A stretch of DNA of 64,000 nucleotides, taken from positions 20,140,213 to 20,204,212 of the forward strand of contig OZ234493.1 of the NCBI GenBank assembly GCA_965153455.1, written 5' to 3'. The DNA comes from Sphagnum compactum. Its lineage: Eukaryota. The number at the start of each line of letters is the position of its first letter. The first letter of the stretch is position 1. The position numbers and the translations under genes are program-made. Below, piece after piece: positions 1 through 13,120 of this stretch. The notes under the pieces are model-generated. The model ran no database searches. It was not told where the DNA came from and worked only from the letters and a program-made list of their open reading frames with translations.

Positions 1-157
1 GAAACCTATTATTGGACTTAGCACAGATACTATTGTTGAAATTCTAAAGTATTCAGACTGAAGCTTCTGGGTGCCCTTTATTCAAAACAATAAAATATAA
101 ATTCAGCAAGATTTGTTGGCCAGGCAAGGATATTGTGTTTAGATTCATTATAGAGTA

Positions 158-747
158 CTAGTGTGAACCCGGTGCATAATGCACCCGTCGAGCTCCCCCT
201 CGCCCGGTCCTTCCCATTGCCCACTCCGGTTCTTTACCCCGTCGACCCCCCTCCCCCCGGTTCTTCGCATTTTCCACTCCGATTCTTTAACCCGTTGATC
301 CCCCCCCCCCCTGTTCCCCTGTTATATATAATTAACTTCTCGCCCTGTGTTGGCCCCCCCAGTGCTGGCCCCGCCCCGCCCCGTTACCAAGCCCTGTCAT
401 AGAAAATGCATTGCTCGGTTCTGCCATAGAAAATGCAGAGGCCGGTTCTATCATAGAATTGCAGCACAATTGTCGTGTCAGACAGACGTACCGGGAGTGC
501 CGGGTCGGGTCCAGCTGTAACAGACCTCTCCCTCCCCCACCCCCCACGCCGGAGCCGGTTGGCCTGAACGCCGGGCCCCATCCCATCACAGACAAACGTA
601 GTGAAATTTCTGTCAGGTCGAAATCCGGGAGTGCCGGGCCGGGTCCAGCTGTAACAGACCTCTCCTTCCCCAACCCCCCACGCCGGGCCCGGTCGGCCTG
701 AACGCCGGGCCCCATCACAGACAGACGTAGTGAATTAATATATATGA
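158..747 (-). mobile_element. Non-autonomous Helitron, GC-rich, ~590 bp
   Basis: On the minus strand it starts TCATATATATTAATT (747) and ends CACACTAG (158). A GGTGCA-TAA-TGCACC hairpin (171-185) lies ~10 nt before the CTAG. It is inserted between A (748) and T (157) with no TSD. These are canonical Helitron hallmarks. Confidence 0.85.
491..734. repeat. Two-copy imperfect direct repeat (period ~134 bp) inside the Helitron
   Basis: CCGGGAGTGCCGGG...GGTCCAGCTGTAACAGACCTCTCC...GGCCTGAACGCCGGGCCCCATC...CAGAC..ACGTAGTGAA occurs at 491-605 and again at 625-734. Confidence 0.9.
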
Positions 748-3185
748 TAGTAGCTTAAGGGATTTTGGCCCCTATGTAGTAGGTCTATTTTTATACAAGG
801 ACTTCTGAAATATGATATTTTGGCTTTTGTTGAAACTTGAGATTAGTTATAGAGTTATGATATCTTGAAGGATTTTGGTTTCTTTTAGAGGATTTTTTTT
901 AAGATTATATTTTTGCATGGTGAAATATTTGAATTTCTACGATTCTTCTTTTGCCTTAAGATACTTTTTAATGTAAATGGCAAGGCCACAGTGTGACAAA
1001 CCCCTTGTTGAACATGAGTTGTAGCTATGCTATTCTAGCTTCAGTTTATAGTGCAGATTCACCTTATACAACATTTGGTCCAATTTAGGCCATGTATGTA
1101 AGAAATTCCTAATCTGGTTCCTAAACCTATGTACAATTTCATACCAAGTCTCTAAAGTGGATGGGTGGAGTTGTAAGCCTTGGTATTGAACTTGACATCC
1201 ATTAAACTTCAAGAGTCCAAAGATTCGAACAAACTACCATGCATGAATGAATCCCCCCCTCCAGCCACCTCACAATGAACATTTCCCATATCTGTGGCCA
1301 GAAACATTCATCATAGATCTTTATTGGATCAAAAGTATTTTCCAACAGACTTTATCCTCAATTGACCAGATTTGACCATATAGATAATAGTACTCATTTG
1401 AGGTTTTCAAAAATCTACATATTTAAGATTGCATGGCCAAATCATAACCGTTGGAATGCCTTATCACTCCAAAACTTTTTGATGTAGGTTAATGACATAC
1501 TGTTCAAAGCAGATAGTGGAATAAACAAGACATACTTAAATAGTTGAAATTTGTCATGTTGGTCTTTGCAATGATCAAGTAAGATCAAATCTTCCAACTT
1601 CAACACCCCGTTGTTTACAATGTTGGTGTTGGATTAAGTAGGTCCACATGAAATTGGTGTGTCATCCACAAATGATGCTTGAATTGAATTGTGACTTTCC
1701 ACTTGGCTCTTTTTAATTTATGGTGAATTTTTGCAAGGTGGTGACAAAATGTTTTGTGAAAGTTTTCTTTTTTTAGTGTAAATGTGAAAAAATTGCTATT
1801 TACATGAAAAAAAAAATTGCCAAACTTTCGAAACCACAAAATTGAAAAAAAAAAACCCACTGATTACACTGAGTCAATAAACAATTTTGAATGCCATTTT
1901 AAATTAGCAACCCATTGCAAATTGGACTGTTTCAAATTGCAATATTTCCACACATAAAACAAAAAAAAAATGGGCTTATATTGATGACATGTTTTCTGTG
2001 TTTTCATTCTTATATTCGCAAGTTCAATTTGAGAATCAGTGTTGATGTAGGTGTTGTTTAAGATAGTTGGAAGTCAACTAATTACCAAAGGATTAAATAT
2101 CAAAATAAAAATGCTTTAATGTTACTGAAAAGTATTAATAAATGTTCAACACTAACTTGAATTCCCTAACTTTTCCAAATGCTCAATTTTCTTGTGAAAT
2201 ACAGCCAAATTGCTTGAATCATTTGGATGCATTGAAGTAGATGATTGAACATCGAATATTCAGGATTATTAAGAATGTCATGAGATTTACACAATTGATT
2301 GTAGATGTAACCAACAATAATTACATCTATGCATGTTTTAGCTTGAGTTTAATTGATTTAAATTAGTGTAACTTTTCTATGAACTTCGGAAAAATGAACT
2401 TGACACTAATGTCATGTTGGACAAATTAAAGTCTTTTACAAGGTAAAGATTTAGAAAAATGTACTTTATTTGGGTAATGTTGTGAGCAAAGTTAACAATT
2501 GAAGACCTAATTTCTACTGGTGTAAATCTGAACAAGGTGAATTTTAACTAAGACAAATGAGAAAAGTTGGAAATTGGAAAACATATAGTCACATCCATAA
2601 TATGCTTGAGGGGTGGATGGAAGCTGTCAACTAGCTTATCAAGGATTGTGGATTGTGATGCTCATTAGATCATCAACAAATTTGTGTTTCTAAAGCATTT
2701 GCTCTAAAAAAAATTGCCCAACTTTGTGAAAATGTTATGGTCAAAATCCCCATAACACCATTAAATCTAAAAGCCAATTAGGCCTATTTATCATGTCATA
2801 TATGCTTAGATTAAAGAACACTTTAATATTACAAGAATGTAAGAAAATGGGTCAATTGATTACAAATCATTCTTTTGATTTTAAGGTAAGAAGCACATAA
2901 TTTTGACAAGAATTGTATGCCCAATATCAAGATTTTGTGCATGCAACATGCTTTTGTGCTAATTCTTTTCATATTTTATGCCTAAATGGACATGTTAGAA
3001 CCAAAAGTTGAAAATTCGGAGGTTAAGAATATTGAAAATGTGTGTTGAAAAAACAATTATCCAAAGTAATTTTCTTACAACTTAATAAATTTCATGGAAA
3101 TTTGTCTTCAATGTAATTACAACCTTGGAGCAACCAATGCCATAACCCAAATTCAAATTGGGGAAGGCAAAAACATGGCCTCGAA

Positions 3186-3336
3186 CACTAGAAGAAAAAT
3201 TGTCTTTTGCAACTTGTCTTATGCAATTACAAGTGTCTTATGCAACTAAAAAAATGTCGCATGCAACTATTTTTAATTGCATGCAACATGTGTAGTTGCA
3301 TAAGACAAGTTGCAAAAGACAATTTTTCTACTAGTG
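3186..3336. mobile_element. CACTA (EnSpm) MITE, 151 bp
   Basis: CACTAGAAGAAAAATTGTCTTTTGCAACTTGTCTTATGCAA ... TTGCATAAGACAAGTTGCAAAAGACAATTTTTCTACTAGTG form a near-perfect ~40-bp TIR. The 3-bp TSD GAA is at 3183-3185 and 3337-3339. Confidence 0.92.
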
Positions 3337-3341
3337 GAACT

Positions 3342-5587
3342 CACTAGAAGAAATTTTGGTTTTTGCAACTAGAATGTGCAATTGAAAATTAATTGCATAC
3401 GACACATGCAACTAGATTTTGCCGTAGTTGTGTAAAACAAGTTACAGCAGACATGTAGTTGCACACGACAATTTGTATTTGACATGTATACGCATTGTCA
3501 TTATACATTTCATCCATTCGTATTTTACACAAAGAGTTGCATGTGCAACTATGTGCAACCAAAATGGTGACCTTTTATTAATGACACATGTCGATTTTAA
3601 AAAACAAATTATGTAATGACATGTGTTATTTTCAAACCTATTTCAATATTCAATATTAATTAATAAATTAAAGCTATTTAGTTCATCCAATATAGTGTGA
3701 ATAGGAATTTGACACGTGCATCATATAATGGTGACATATGGCACCAAAACCCTAATTCAATTCTTTAAGAATTATTGGTAAATGAAATGAAATTTGGATC
3801 ATTGAAAGTTGGGTGGACAATATTTTGCCATGTGCATCAAGGAGATGATGACACGTGGCAGTTTGAACCTTATTCATTCTTCATTATTATTAATCAAGAT
3901 GCAATTTAAGATCAATAAGATTTTGACACATGTCAATTATGCATTTGCTTGTGTAGGGCTAGGTTAGTTAGGTAGGTTAAAAATAATCCAATTTTGTGTT
4001 TGGATTTAGCATTTAGGGTTGAGCCTCTTTCATTGGCTCATCCGAAATTGCATTTGTGAACAAGACCAATACACCTACTTATATAGTGTGCACACTTGGA
4101 ATGGAAGGCAAAAAATATGGGATAAAAAAATTAGTTGCAAATGCAACCAATGTAGTTGCAACCTACATGCAACTATTACATGGTACCTGTGCCATACTAA
4201 CCTAGTCTACCTATTATATATATTGATTATATTATAAATAATGAATGTTAATAGGCAATAATAAAATAATATTATGATAATAATAATTGGTAATCAATAA
4301 TGCTATAATATTATTACATAACTAAACTAATAGCTAATTTAGGTCAATATTTAACCTAGGCTAGTGTATTTATAGGCTAATTAATGTAACATAATACATA
4401 AATATATAATAATATATAATATTCAATTTTAATTTTAATTTTAATTCTTATTAATAATTAATGATATTACGATATTCTTATATAACTTGGGTTACTTTCT
4501 ATAACCTATTAGCCATAAGCATACTAATACTAATTAAGAACATTATAATAAAGCTAAAAAAATAATGATCGAAAAGAATGATAATAATAATATTATTATC
4601 ATAAAAATAACTATAATATTAATAATATACTATTATTAATGATTGATAATATTACTATATATATATATGATGATATAATTATTAGTCATAATTAAATTCT
4701 CCAATAATAATAACTATATATAATATTCGTTATTAATATGAAATTTAATCCTTATTAGGTAATTAATTATATATTTCTATTATTACATATCCTAGGTTAG
4801 TTAATGTAACCTATTAGCAATAAATATATAAATATAACTAATAGCATCATAATAAAAATAAAATAATAGATATTGAATATTCAAGATATTAATATTAAAA
4901 ATTAACAGATTAATAAATAACAATACTTTAAAATAATAGTCTTAATTAGTAATTATAACAGTAGTAATAATATCCATAATTATAATAAAATTTCATAGAT
5001 ATGATGGATTGTAATGATTAACTATATTATAATATAATTATTGAGCCTATGTTAGTAGCTAGCCGAATTTCGGGCATATAGAGGTTAATGTAACATATTA
5101 ACCATAGGTATTATAACATAATTAAAAATATTATCAATATTTACAATAACTTAGTTTAGCCTAATTTGGTTTAACCATGTTTAATTTAACTTTGATTAGT
5201 TTAGCCTTGTTAATTTATCCTTCTAATTAGTTTAGCCTACTTGTTAGTTTAACCATCATTAATTTAACCTAAGTTAGTTTAGTTAAGTTTGGCTTAGTTA
5301 ACATGGGTTTAATTTTAGTATTAAAACTATAATACTATTATACATAGCCTATGTAAATAGATTGGGTATATTAAATGAAGTATGTATTAACTTAAATTGT
5401 TATTTTTATGACATGTGTCCATTTTGTACACCATTAGTTGCATGTTCGTTGCACACACAACCGTATGGCTCAAAAATTATATGGTATCAATTTTGTAGTT
5501 GCAAGCATAACTAATTTAGTTGCAAACAACAACTAGTTGCAATAGTTGCATAGTGGTTGGTTGCAAATGACAAGATTTCTTTTGGTG
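3342..5587. mobile_element. Non-autonomous CACTA element, ~2.25 kb, with an extremely AT-rich core
   Basis: The left end is CACTAGAAGAAATTTTGGTTTTTGCAAC. The right end reverse-complements to CACCAAAAGAAATCTTGTCATTTGCAAC. The 3-bp TSD ACT is at 3339-3341 and 5588-5590. TGCAAC/GTTGCA subterminal motifs are dense. Confidence 0.8.
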
Positions 5588-8500
5588 ACTTGATGTATGC
5601 AATTAAAAATTTAGAAATAATATGGAACTTTGAAGCAAAAAAAAATGTCAAAATTCATCGGATGTTGGACATAATTCATCAACAAGGAATAAATTGTAGC
5701 CATGCAATCTTTAGTTGGTTTTTAAAACATTTAAGATGAATTTGTATCATTTTTAATTTATGTAAATGTAGTTCAACAAAATTAATTTAACCTTTTGGCA
5801 TACTATACTTTGATTTCAACCATAACAACAATCAACCTAATTATTGTGTCCATCTTTAACTCTTTGTTAAGATATGTTTATTGAAACACTTACATGTCAA
5901 GGTCAATTAAATCATTTTATCGGTCTTATATCAAAGAGTATGGGAGGATTTGAGAATTAAACCTTACAATTCAATCATGCTAAAAGAAATCTTGTTCATT
6001 TGTTTGCAACTATTTGCATGACTATTGTCCAAATCGATTTTTTGTAACTATAAATTTTGTTGTAGTCCTACATGTCCTCAAGTCATACGCTTTATAATCA
6101 TACATGTGTAATTAAATTTTTGCACATGACGATTTGTAGTTGTAAATGTGACTATCTGATGTGACTACTATGCATTTTAGATGAAAAGGTGGATGAACAA
6201 TGAATTCGTGTCAACCATAATCAATCACATCTAACCAAAAAATGATAAACAAGTTATTTTTGTAATTATTATATTTACTATTGAGCTTACATGCCAATTT
6301 GTAATTGCAAATGCAACTATTTATTGTCACTAACTTGTATATTTGGTTGAATAGATGGATGAAAATTGAATTTTTGTCATCCATTTTGGTTGCATCCAAT
6401 AATGAATGATAGGTAGGTGATAGGTAGAAAGGTAAGTTGGTGATAGGCAAGATGTGAACATCATTGGTAATTAATAGGTAGGTAGGTTCTCTACGTTAAA
6501 CCAACCTAGGCTAGGCTAGGTTGCTTATATATTTCATGTGGGTAGCTAGCATGATTGAAGACCCCCCCCGCCCCCCCACACAAAATGCCATGTGGTTACA
6601 TCATCTCCGTCCACCCATGAATAGGTGGCCCATTAGTTGGTTTGGCATATTGTAGTCATATTTGTAAACCACAAGATTTGCATTCTTGTCATGTGACAAG
6701 CGCATTCCATGTTAAAAGGATGATTTTCCAAAGAAATGGATGAAAAATCCACCTTTAGTCATAGGAGGTATGTGATAACCATTATTACTAGGTGCCATGT
6801 GGCGTCTTTTGTCACTTGTCCCACGCAACCATAGTTAAAAAAGACACATGACATCAAAATGATTACTTTTCATTAACTAGTCGTAATGATTAACATTAGT
6901 TATTGCATTTATAAACATTGTATGACCTTATAACATGTTAGTTTATAGGGTTATGGGTGGGGAGAAGAAACCAACTAATGCAATCCGTGGATGTTATAAA
7001 CATTGATAGAGGAGCAAATGGTGTTCAATATTGGAGTTGCTCTAAGACACCATTACACATATCAAATCAAAAAAATTAATAATTGGTAATTGTTTGAAGA
7101 TATTTAACATAATTTACATGGCACTTGTTTCAAAGGCATACACATAATAATCACAATAGAACTACTAAGATATGATCAATGATTATCCCAAGTGTCACAA
7201 TAATTAATATCCTTCTTGTGAGGCCATTTGTATGCATCCCAATTGATTAATTAGATGTTCATTTTTTATTTATTATTTATGATACTTTAAAAAAATTGGT
7301 TAATAATTGATGACAAGACATGGCAATCCTTGAAGTTGCAACCTTTCCTATCGTTTACCTTACTACACCATTTTCCATGGAACATTTGGTTTTAAAAAAA
7401 TTAAAATTATACATGCCTAACATTTTGGATTTGAACATTTTATTAGAAATTTCATGTTAAGAGCTATTAATTAATTGTTATCATTATTTGTTGATTTATT
7501 AAACAAACCAAGGTTGTAGCATTTGGTAAATTACATTTAAGTAATCCAAATTTGTAAGCCTTGTATATTGGGTAACAACATGGTGAGGTGGTTGTAAGTT
7601 GGCATTGTCACTCATTTTTTTACATTTGATAAAACTTTGAAATATGATAATTAACAAATTATCCATCCAATAAAAGCAATTCCTTATGTTTCCATTCAAA
7701 AAATATGTGTGGGCATCAATTTGCTTGTGTGGATCAAAATTTGATATGTATTCTAGGTATTTCAAAATACCAAAAAATATTGGATTTATCACAATTATTT
7801 CCTATGTGGCCATTGATAAACTATTACAATTGTCATCTACTTAACTCCAAAAAAAAAATACTAAAAAAATATGAAAATCATATTTGTCCCTTTTGTGACC
7901 ATTGTACAACTATTGTATGCTTAATTCCAATGTTTTTAAAATGTAAATGATTAATATATATTGTACCAAATACATGAATGAGAGGTGGTGGCCCCCAATG
8001 CACATAAAAATAAGGTATTTTGCTAGGTGGACAAAAAGTGTGACATTTCATTGCATTCTTTACATCCAAGGGGTTCTTTGTTGTATGTAAATCAACCAAT
8101 AAGATCTTCAAAAGATGCATTTATTATCATTTTATTAAATAATATTAATTTACCTCAATTAGATGAAACATTTTCAAAGTTTTCATTTCAAAATACAATG
8201 TCCAATACCGCCTAGACAATATTTCCTCCCCACAAATATATTCACAACAACACTTGAGTTAATTCCATGAAAATTCATTAGTATGCCCTTTGATCTTCTT
8301 GTTTTGGACTATAAGATTTTCACTTTGCAAGAAGAATTTTCTTGTCATTGTTCATACTTCACATATTCATTACGTTCCAAAATAGGGGGAAAAAATCTCG
8401 TAGATAATATTTTTGGTCCATTCAACCACCACCATTCATATAACCCCAATTGTGTACATGACTAGTCATGTATTTGGACAAAAAGTCCATGTAAAACATT

Positions 8501-8631
8501 TTGAATGAGAAATGAATTAATGATTCAATATTCAACTAAAAACTCAAAGTTTTTTCTATAGGTAAATTTCAATGCATCTTGCTTTAAAACAACTACAATG
8601 ACTTTTTTATAAACAAATTCCCTAATATCAA

Positions 8632-10545
8632 TACTAGAAAAACCCCATTTTGCAACTTCAATTTGCAATTAAAAACTAGCCTTAGATGACTATTGAACTA
8701 AATTTTCCATTAGTTGTATAAGTGGAATCGTACCCAACATGTAATTGCAAATATGACCTAAGCATGACATTAGAAAATGTCTTAGGGATGAAATATACAT
8801 TCAAATGTATATTCCATATTTTGACCATATAATTATTTATAACTACTTACCATTATTTGCAACTATAAACCACTAATTACACATTGCCATGTGTAGGGGT
8901 ATACATAAATTTAAATTATGAAATTCAATAGTCTTTTGTATTTCATTCATCCAAACTGGGTGGTTTAGGATTGTTCCATGTGGACCAATCACATTTGCCA
9001 CATGAATGTGAAAATTTCAAAATAACTAAAATTTAAAATATAATTTAGGTAGGAAGGTAGGTAAATAAATAAGTAAATAGGTAGGTAGGTAGGGAGTAGG
9101 CAAATAAGTTTGTTTTTAAAAAAAATTAGGTTTAGCCTTTAGGGTCAAACCTTCTTTATTGGTTCATCCCAAATATCATTTCATTTTTATGTTTGTGTGT
9201 TTTTTCAATGTTTCAAATGCACCTTGCTATATACATTACAAGATTGAAATGGAAGACAAAAAATATGAGATGAACTTATAGTTACAACTTGGTCACATAT
9301 TAATTTACAACTAAGTTGCAACTAAATATTTTTATCCCATACCTTTTGTCCTTTTTTTCAAACTTGTAAATGTATAACTAGATGTGCATAATAAAATTTC
9401 TAATTGCAAATTAAAATAAGATCCTTCTAAAATAACTACCTACTTGCCTAAGCCTTGCTTGTCTACCTACCTACTTTAGGTCTACTTTATTAACTATTTA
9501 CTTACCTAATCAATATACATGTATACCGACCTTCTTACCGAGCCAAGTTACCCTCCTAACTTATTCACCTACCTTTTCAACAAACCAACTTAATCAACAT
9601 ATATCTATATATAAATAACCTAATTAATTTAAGGTATTTACCTATCAACTAATACCTCACCTAACCTACTACCTATTATCTTAAATACTATTTTTTAGTT
9701 ACTACCTAGCCTAAGTAAATCTATTTACCTAACTTAGTACCTATTAATTAACCTAATTTATTAACTAAAATAGTTTACATTACACTTAAGGTAAGCCCAC
9801 ATGGCATTTATGCTTAGATCAAATATGCCACATGGGACTTAAGTTAAAGCTTGGCTAAAACTGGGCAAAACATTGGCATTTAATATAGAAAATTGGTTAA
9901 ATTTTAGCTAAATTAAAATTTGACTAAACTTTGGTTAAACCTTAGCAAAACATTGGTTGAACAAAAAAATTACTAAACCTTGGTTAAAACTAGCTAAACT
10001 TTGGTGAAACTAAAATTTAACTGATGGAAAATTAATTTGTTAAACATTGATTAAATCTTGGTGAAATTAAAATTTTGTTAAATTGAATTAAACTTTACCT
10101 AAATGTTAATTAAAATTTAGCTAAAACTTGATTAATATTTGACACCTTTAATTTAACCATGACTATACAACATTTACACAACTTTAATATGCCATATAAC
10201 ATTAAATTTAATATCAAACCTTAGAAATATCCTAAACCCTATTCATAATATATTATTAATATATGAAATATAGCTTTAATGCACTCGTAGAGTTGTACCC
10301 CTAACTTAATATATTCTTAATAGAACTATGTTGAAAACTAATTGCAACCGACTTTTAGTTTGTAATGTGACTAATTGGATTTATTATTTTATTGTTGAAT
10401 GAAATCATTGACATAGAAAGATGAAGCTTTCAATAATTGTAATGTAATTGCAAGATAGTCATAGACTCAAAGGTGGTTAATAGTTGTTATAATAGTCACA
10501 TATGACATAGTCAAATGTAATCACAAAATTGAAAATTGCAAAATA
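8632..10545. mobile_element. Degenerate CACTA-like element; right boundary approximate
   Basis: It starts TACTAGAAAAACCCCATTTTGCAACT, resembling the CACTAG-..-TTTTGCAACT ends above. It carries the same TGCAAC motifs, (ACCT)n-like tracts and TTGGTTAAA-type low-complexity arrays. No clean right TIR or TSD is seen. Confidence 0.4.
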
Positions 10546-12519
10546 CTATATTTTTATTCATTATATGTCATACTTTTGTAATCCATATGTCAATTTTAAC
10601 TTTGTGATTAGGATAATGTTTAATCTCAAAGGTTCATTATGAATCCACTCTATTCTTGGAATGGAATTCATCCATATTTTCCAATATGATTTTCAATAAA
10701 TTATATTAGAACATACATAATTAATTTTCTTACAATGTTAATGTTGAATATGACTTTACATTGTAAGTTCATTTACACTCCAAAAGATTATGATTATGAT
10801 TACTAATATATTTTCATTTCTTGATGTTGGATCATTGATTAACATCTGAAGAAGGATTTAATAATAAGTCGACATGTTTTTAGAACCTATTTAAATAGTT
10901 TAAAATAATTGCTACCAAAATGAAATCGAAGTTCAAATATGTTGAAATGTTTTCAAAATTAAAAAACAAATCGCGTGTCTTTTACAAAATGAGAATATTG
11001 CGACATAATCTTTTTGTTTTGGGGGGAAAAATTTTGCACAAAGGAAAATATTTCTTGTGATAGTCCAAATTGTCCACCTACCTATGCTTTCACCTTATTT
11101 TTACATATTAATATGATTTAAAGCAAAGTTAAAATGGACAACCACATCATTTTTTTCTTTTTGAAAAAAATCCTTTGATACCTAAAGTTAATAAATGATT
11201 GGTGCATCTTTATTTTAAAATTGATCATACTTTCATATTTCAATTTAATATGTCATGCCATCATTTCACATTAGATCCATTTTTTACAAATTTATTTTCT
11301 ATTTGGATTAAAATATTTGATCAATTAATGATATTTTGTTAAGCATGAATCTTTCTCACCATCTTGCCTTAGGGTATGTTATCATGGGAAAAGACCTTTT
11401 TTTGCCAAGATTGAACAAATTCAAATCAAAAGATCAATTTCAAAAACTAGTACCATATGTTATTTGTTGTCTATTAGTATTGTTATTCATAATTATTTCC
11501 AAAAGAATTGAAAACACAATAACTACCCTATGCTCCATAGGAACTACCTCATTAGCATTTCAATTGCCATCAGAAGTGCACTAATATATTTTGTTACTTT
11601 GTTCTTTCTAAACTTATATGTGTTCCCTAGAAACTTTAAATGTGTATGATTTACCAATTAACGTGCAATTAGTAAATTGGAAACAATAACTTTTTGTTTT
11701 TTCAAGTTAGGGGTTTGTTAGATGCTTTAGTTCTTTAAGCTTTTATTCTCACAAATTTCAACCCTCACCAAAACCAATTGTTCCTTCTTGCAAATCCTAT
11801 AGAAACTCACACTTCATTCAAACCTACCTATGTTCCAACACCACCAAAAAAACAAAACCTCACTCAACATCACCCATTTTAATATGAGGACTCCACATAC
11901 TCATAATCACCTTCCCCAATCTTCACTTTTAACCAACAAAATTAGATTACAAAATTCAAATTTGCAAGACAAAACATTAGATAAGGTTTGTTTTTAAAAA
12001 GAATGCCACCATTAAGTTTCTCCTCCTCTCCTAACCACCCCTTGCCTTCTTAGTTCTTCTCAACATTTATAGTATGTTGTTTCCTAATTCCTTTTAGAAT
12101 TTCACTATACATCACCAAATGTCATAGTCATTCAAAGTGGCTAAGAAAATAGACATCATAATTTAGTAACCTCTTCCTATTCACTTGGACCATCCTTTTT
12201 TTTACTAAATTGTTTTTTCCAAACTTTCCCATGGATGTCATTTTTCTCTATGCCACCCTTTAAGACCTAATGGATCCTTCTTGAACCACCTCTCCTCTAC
12301 TTGCTCCCTCCCATCGGTGTGGAGGTAGCTTCTTGGAATAGCTTTCCCTCTTCTCAAGATCTTCTACCATGTGTTCTCTCTATGTTTTACATTTAATCCC
12401 CATTTTTGTCTAAATGTAGCTTGTTTAATGCCCCTCATCACTACATGGGTTTTCCTAGCCCAACATTATCTACTAAAAGGTAGTTGGTTAATTACTAAAA
12501 TCATATTAGTCTATGTAAT

Positions 12520-13120
12520 AAACCTAATCACATTCTTTATAGTGTTAGTAATTATGCCAACAAAGCCTACAACTCCTTAAGTCATTTCATTATATGATCA
12601 AGAAATGATGTCAAAATAGATGAGTTCAAACATAGAACTTGTCTATTTCAAACAATAGACCATAAAATTATCTATTTCAACATTCCGAAACTTTCGATGA
12701 TTATGCTTTTCAAACTTTCAAAATCAAGCAACTTGCAATTACATTTTTGGAATGATTTGGTGCAAATACGAATTGTTCTTTCATCCATACTACCACATTT
12801 GCAACCTTCGGCAATATCCACCAATTTTAATAATTAGGTATTGCATGTTCAAATTGTCCTAGGGTTGGGCTATGGACAAGCAACATGCATATGACCTATT
12901 TGAACAAATTAGTTTGGTTCTAACAAATCTCGACCTTGATATAGGGATTAGCAACATCTAACAACACATTCCATTGAATTCAAATGACTTACAATCAAAT
13001 AAAAGGTAATAAGGGGGAAATGACATATGTAAAGCTTGTTTGTTAAACCAATATCCCATGGCCAATAATAGGAGTCGGAGGTCTTCTACCATAATTACAC
13101 AAATCTCACTTGACCATATG
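12520..13120 (-). mobile_element. Highly decayed remnant resembling L1-type LINE ORF1 (DUF4283 plus zinc knuckle)
   Basis: Minus-strand fragments LLLAMGYWFNKQALHMSF, WNVLLDVANP and CRLCWHNY*HYKEC (CX2C...H...C-like) occur in the expected order. There are many stops and frameshifts. Confidence 0.35.

Noticed and set aside
163-718. Pro/Gly-rich ORFs on both strands
   Set aside because: They are by-products of the GC-rich Helitron and its internal duplication, with no recognisable domain.
7499-8480. Cluster of short ORFs, possibly a decayed transposase
   Set aside because: No identifiable motif or terminal repeats were found.
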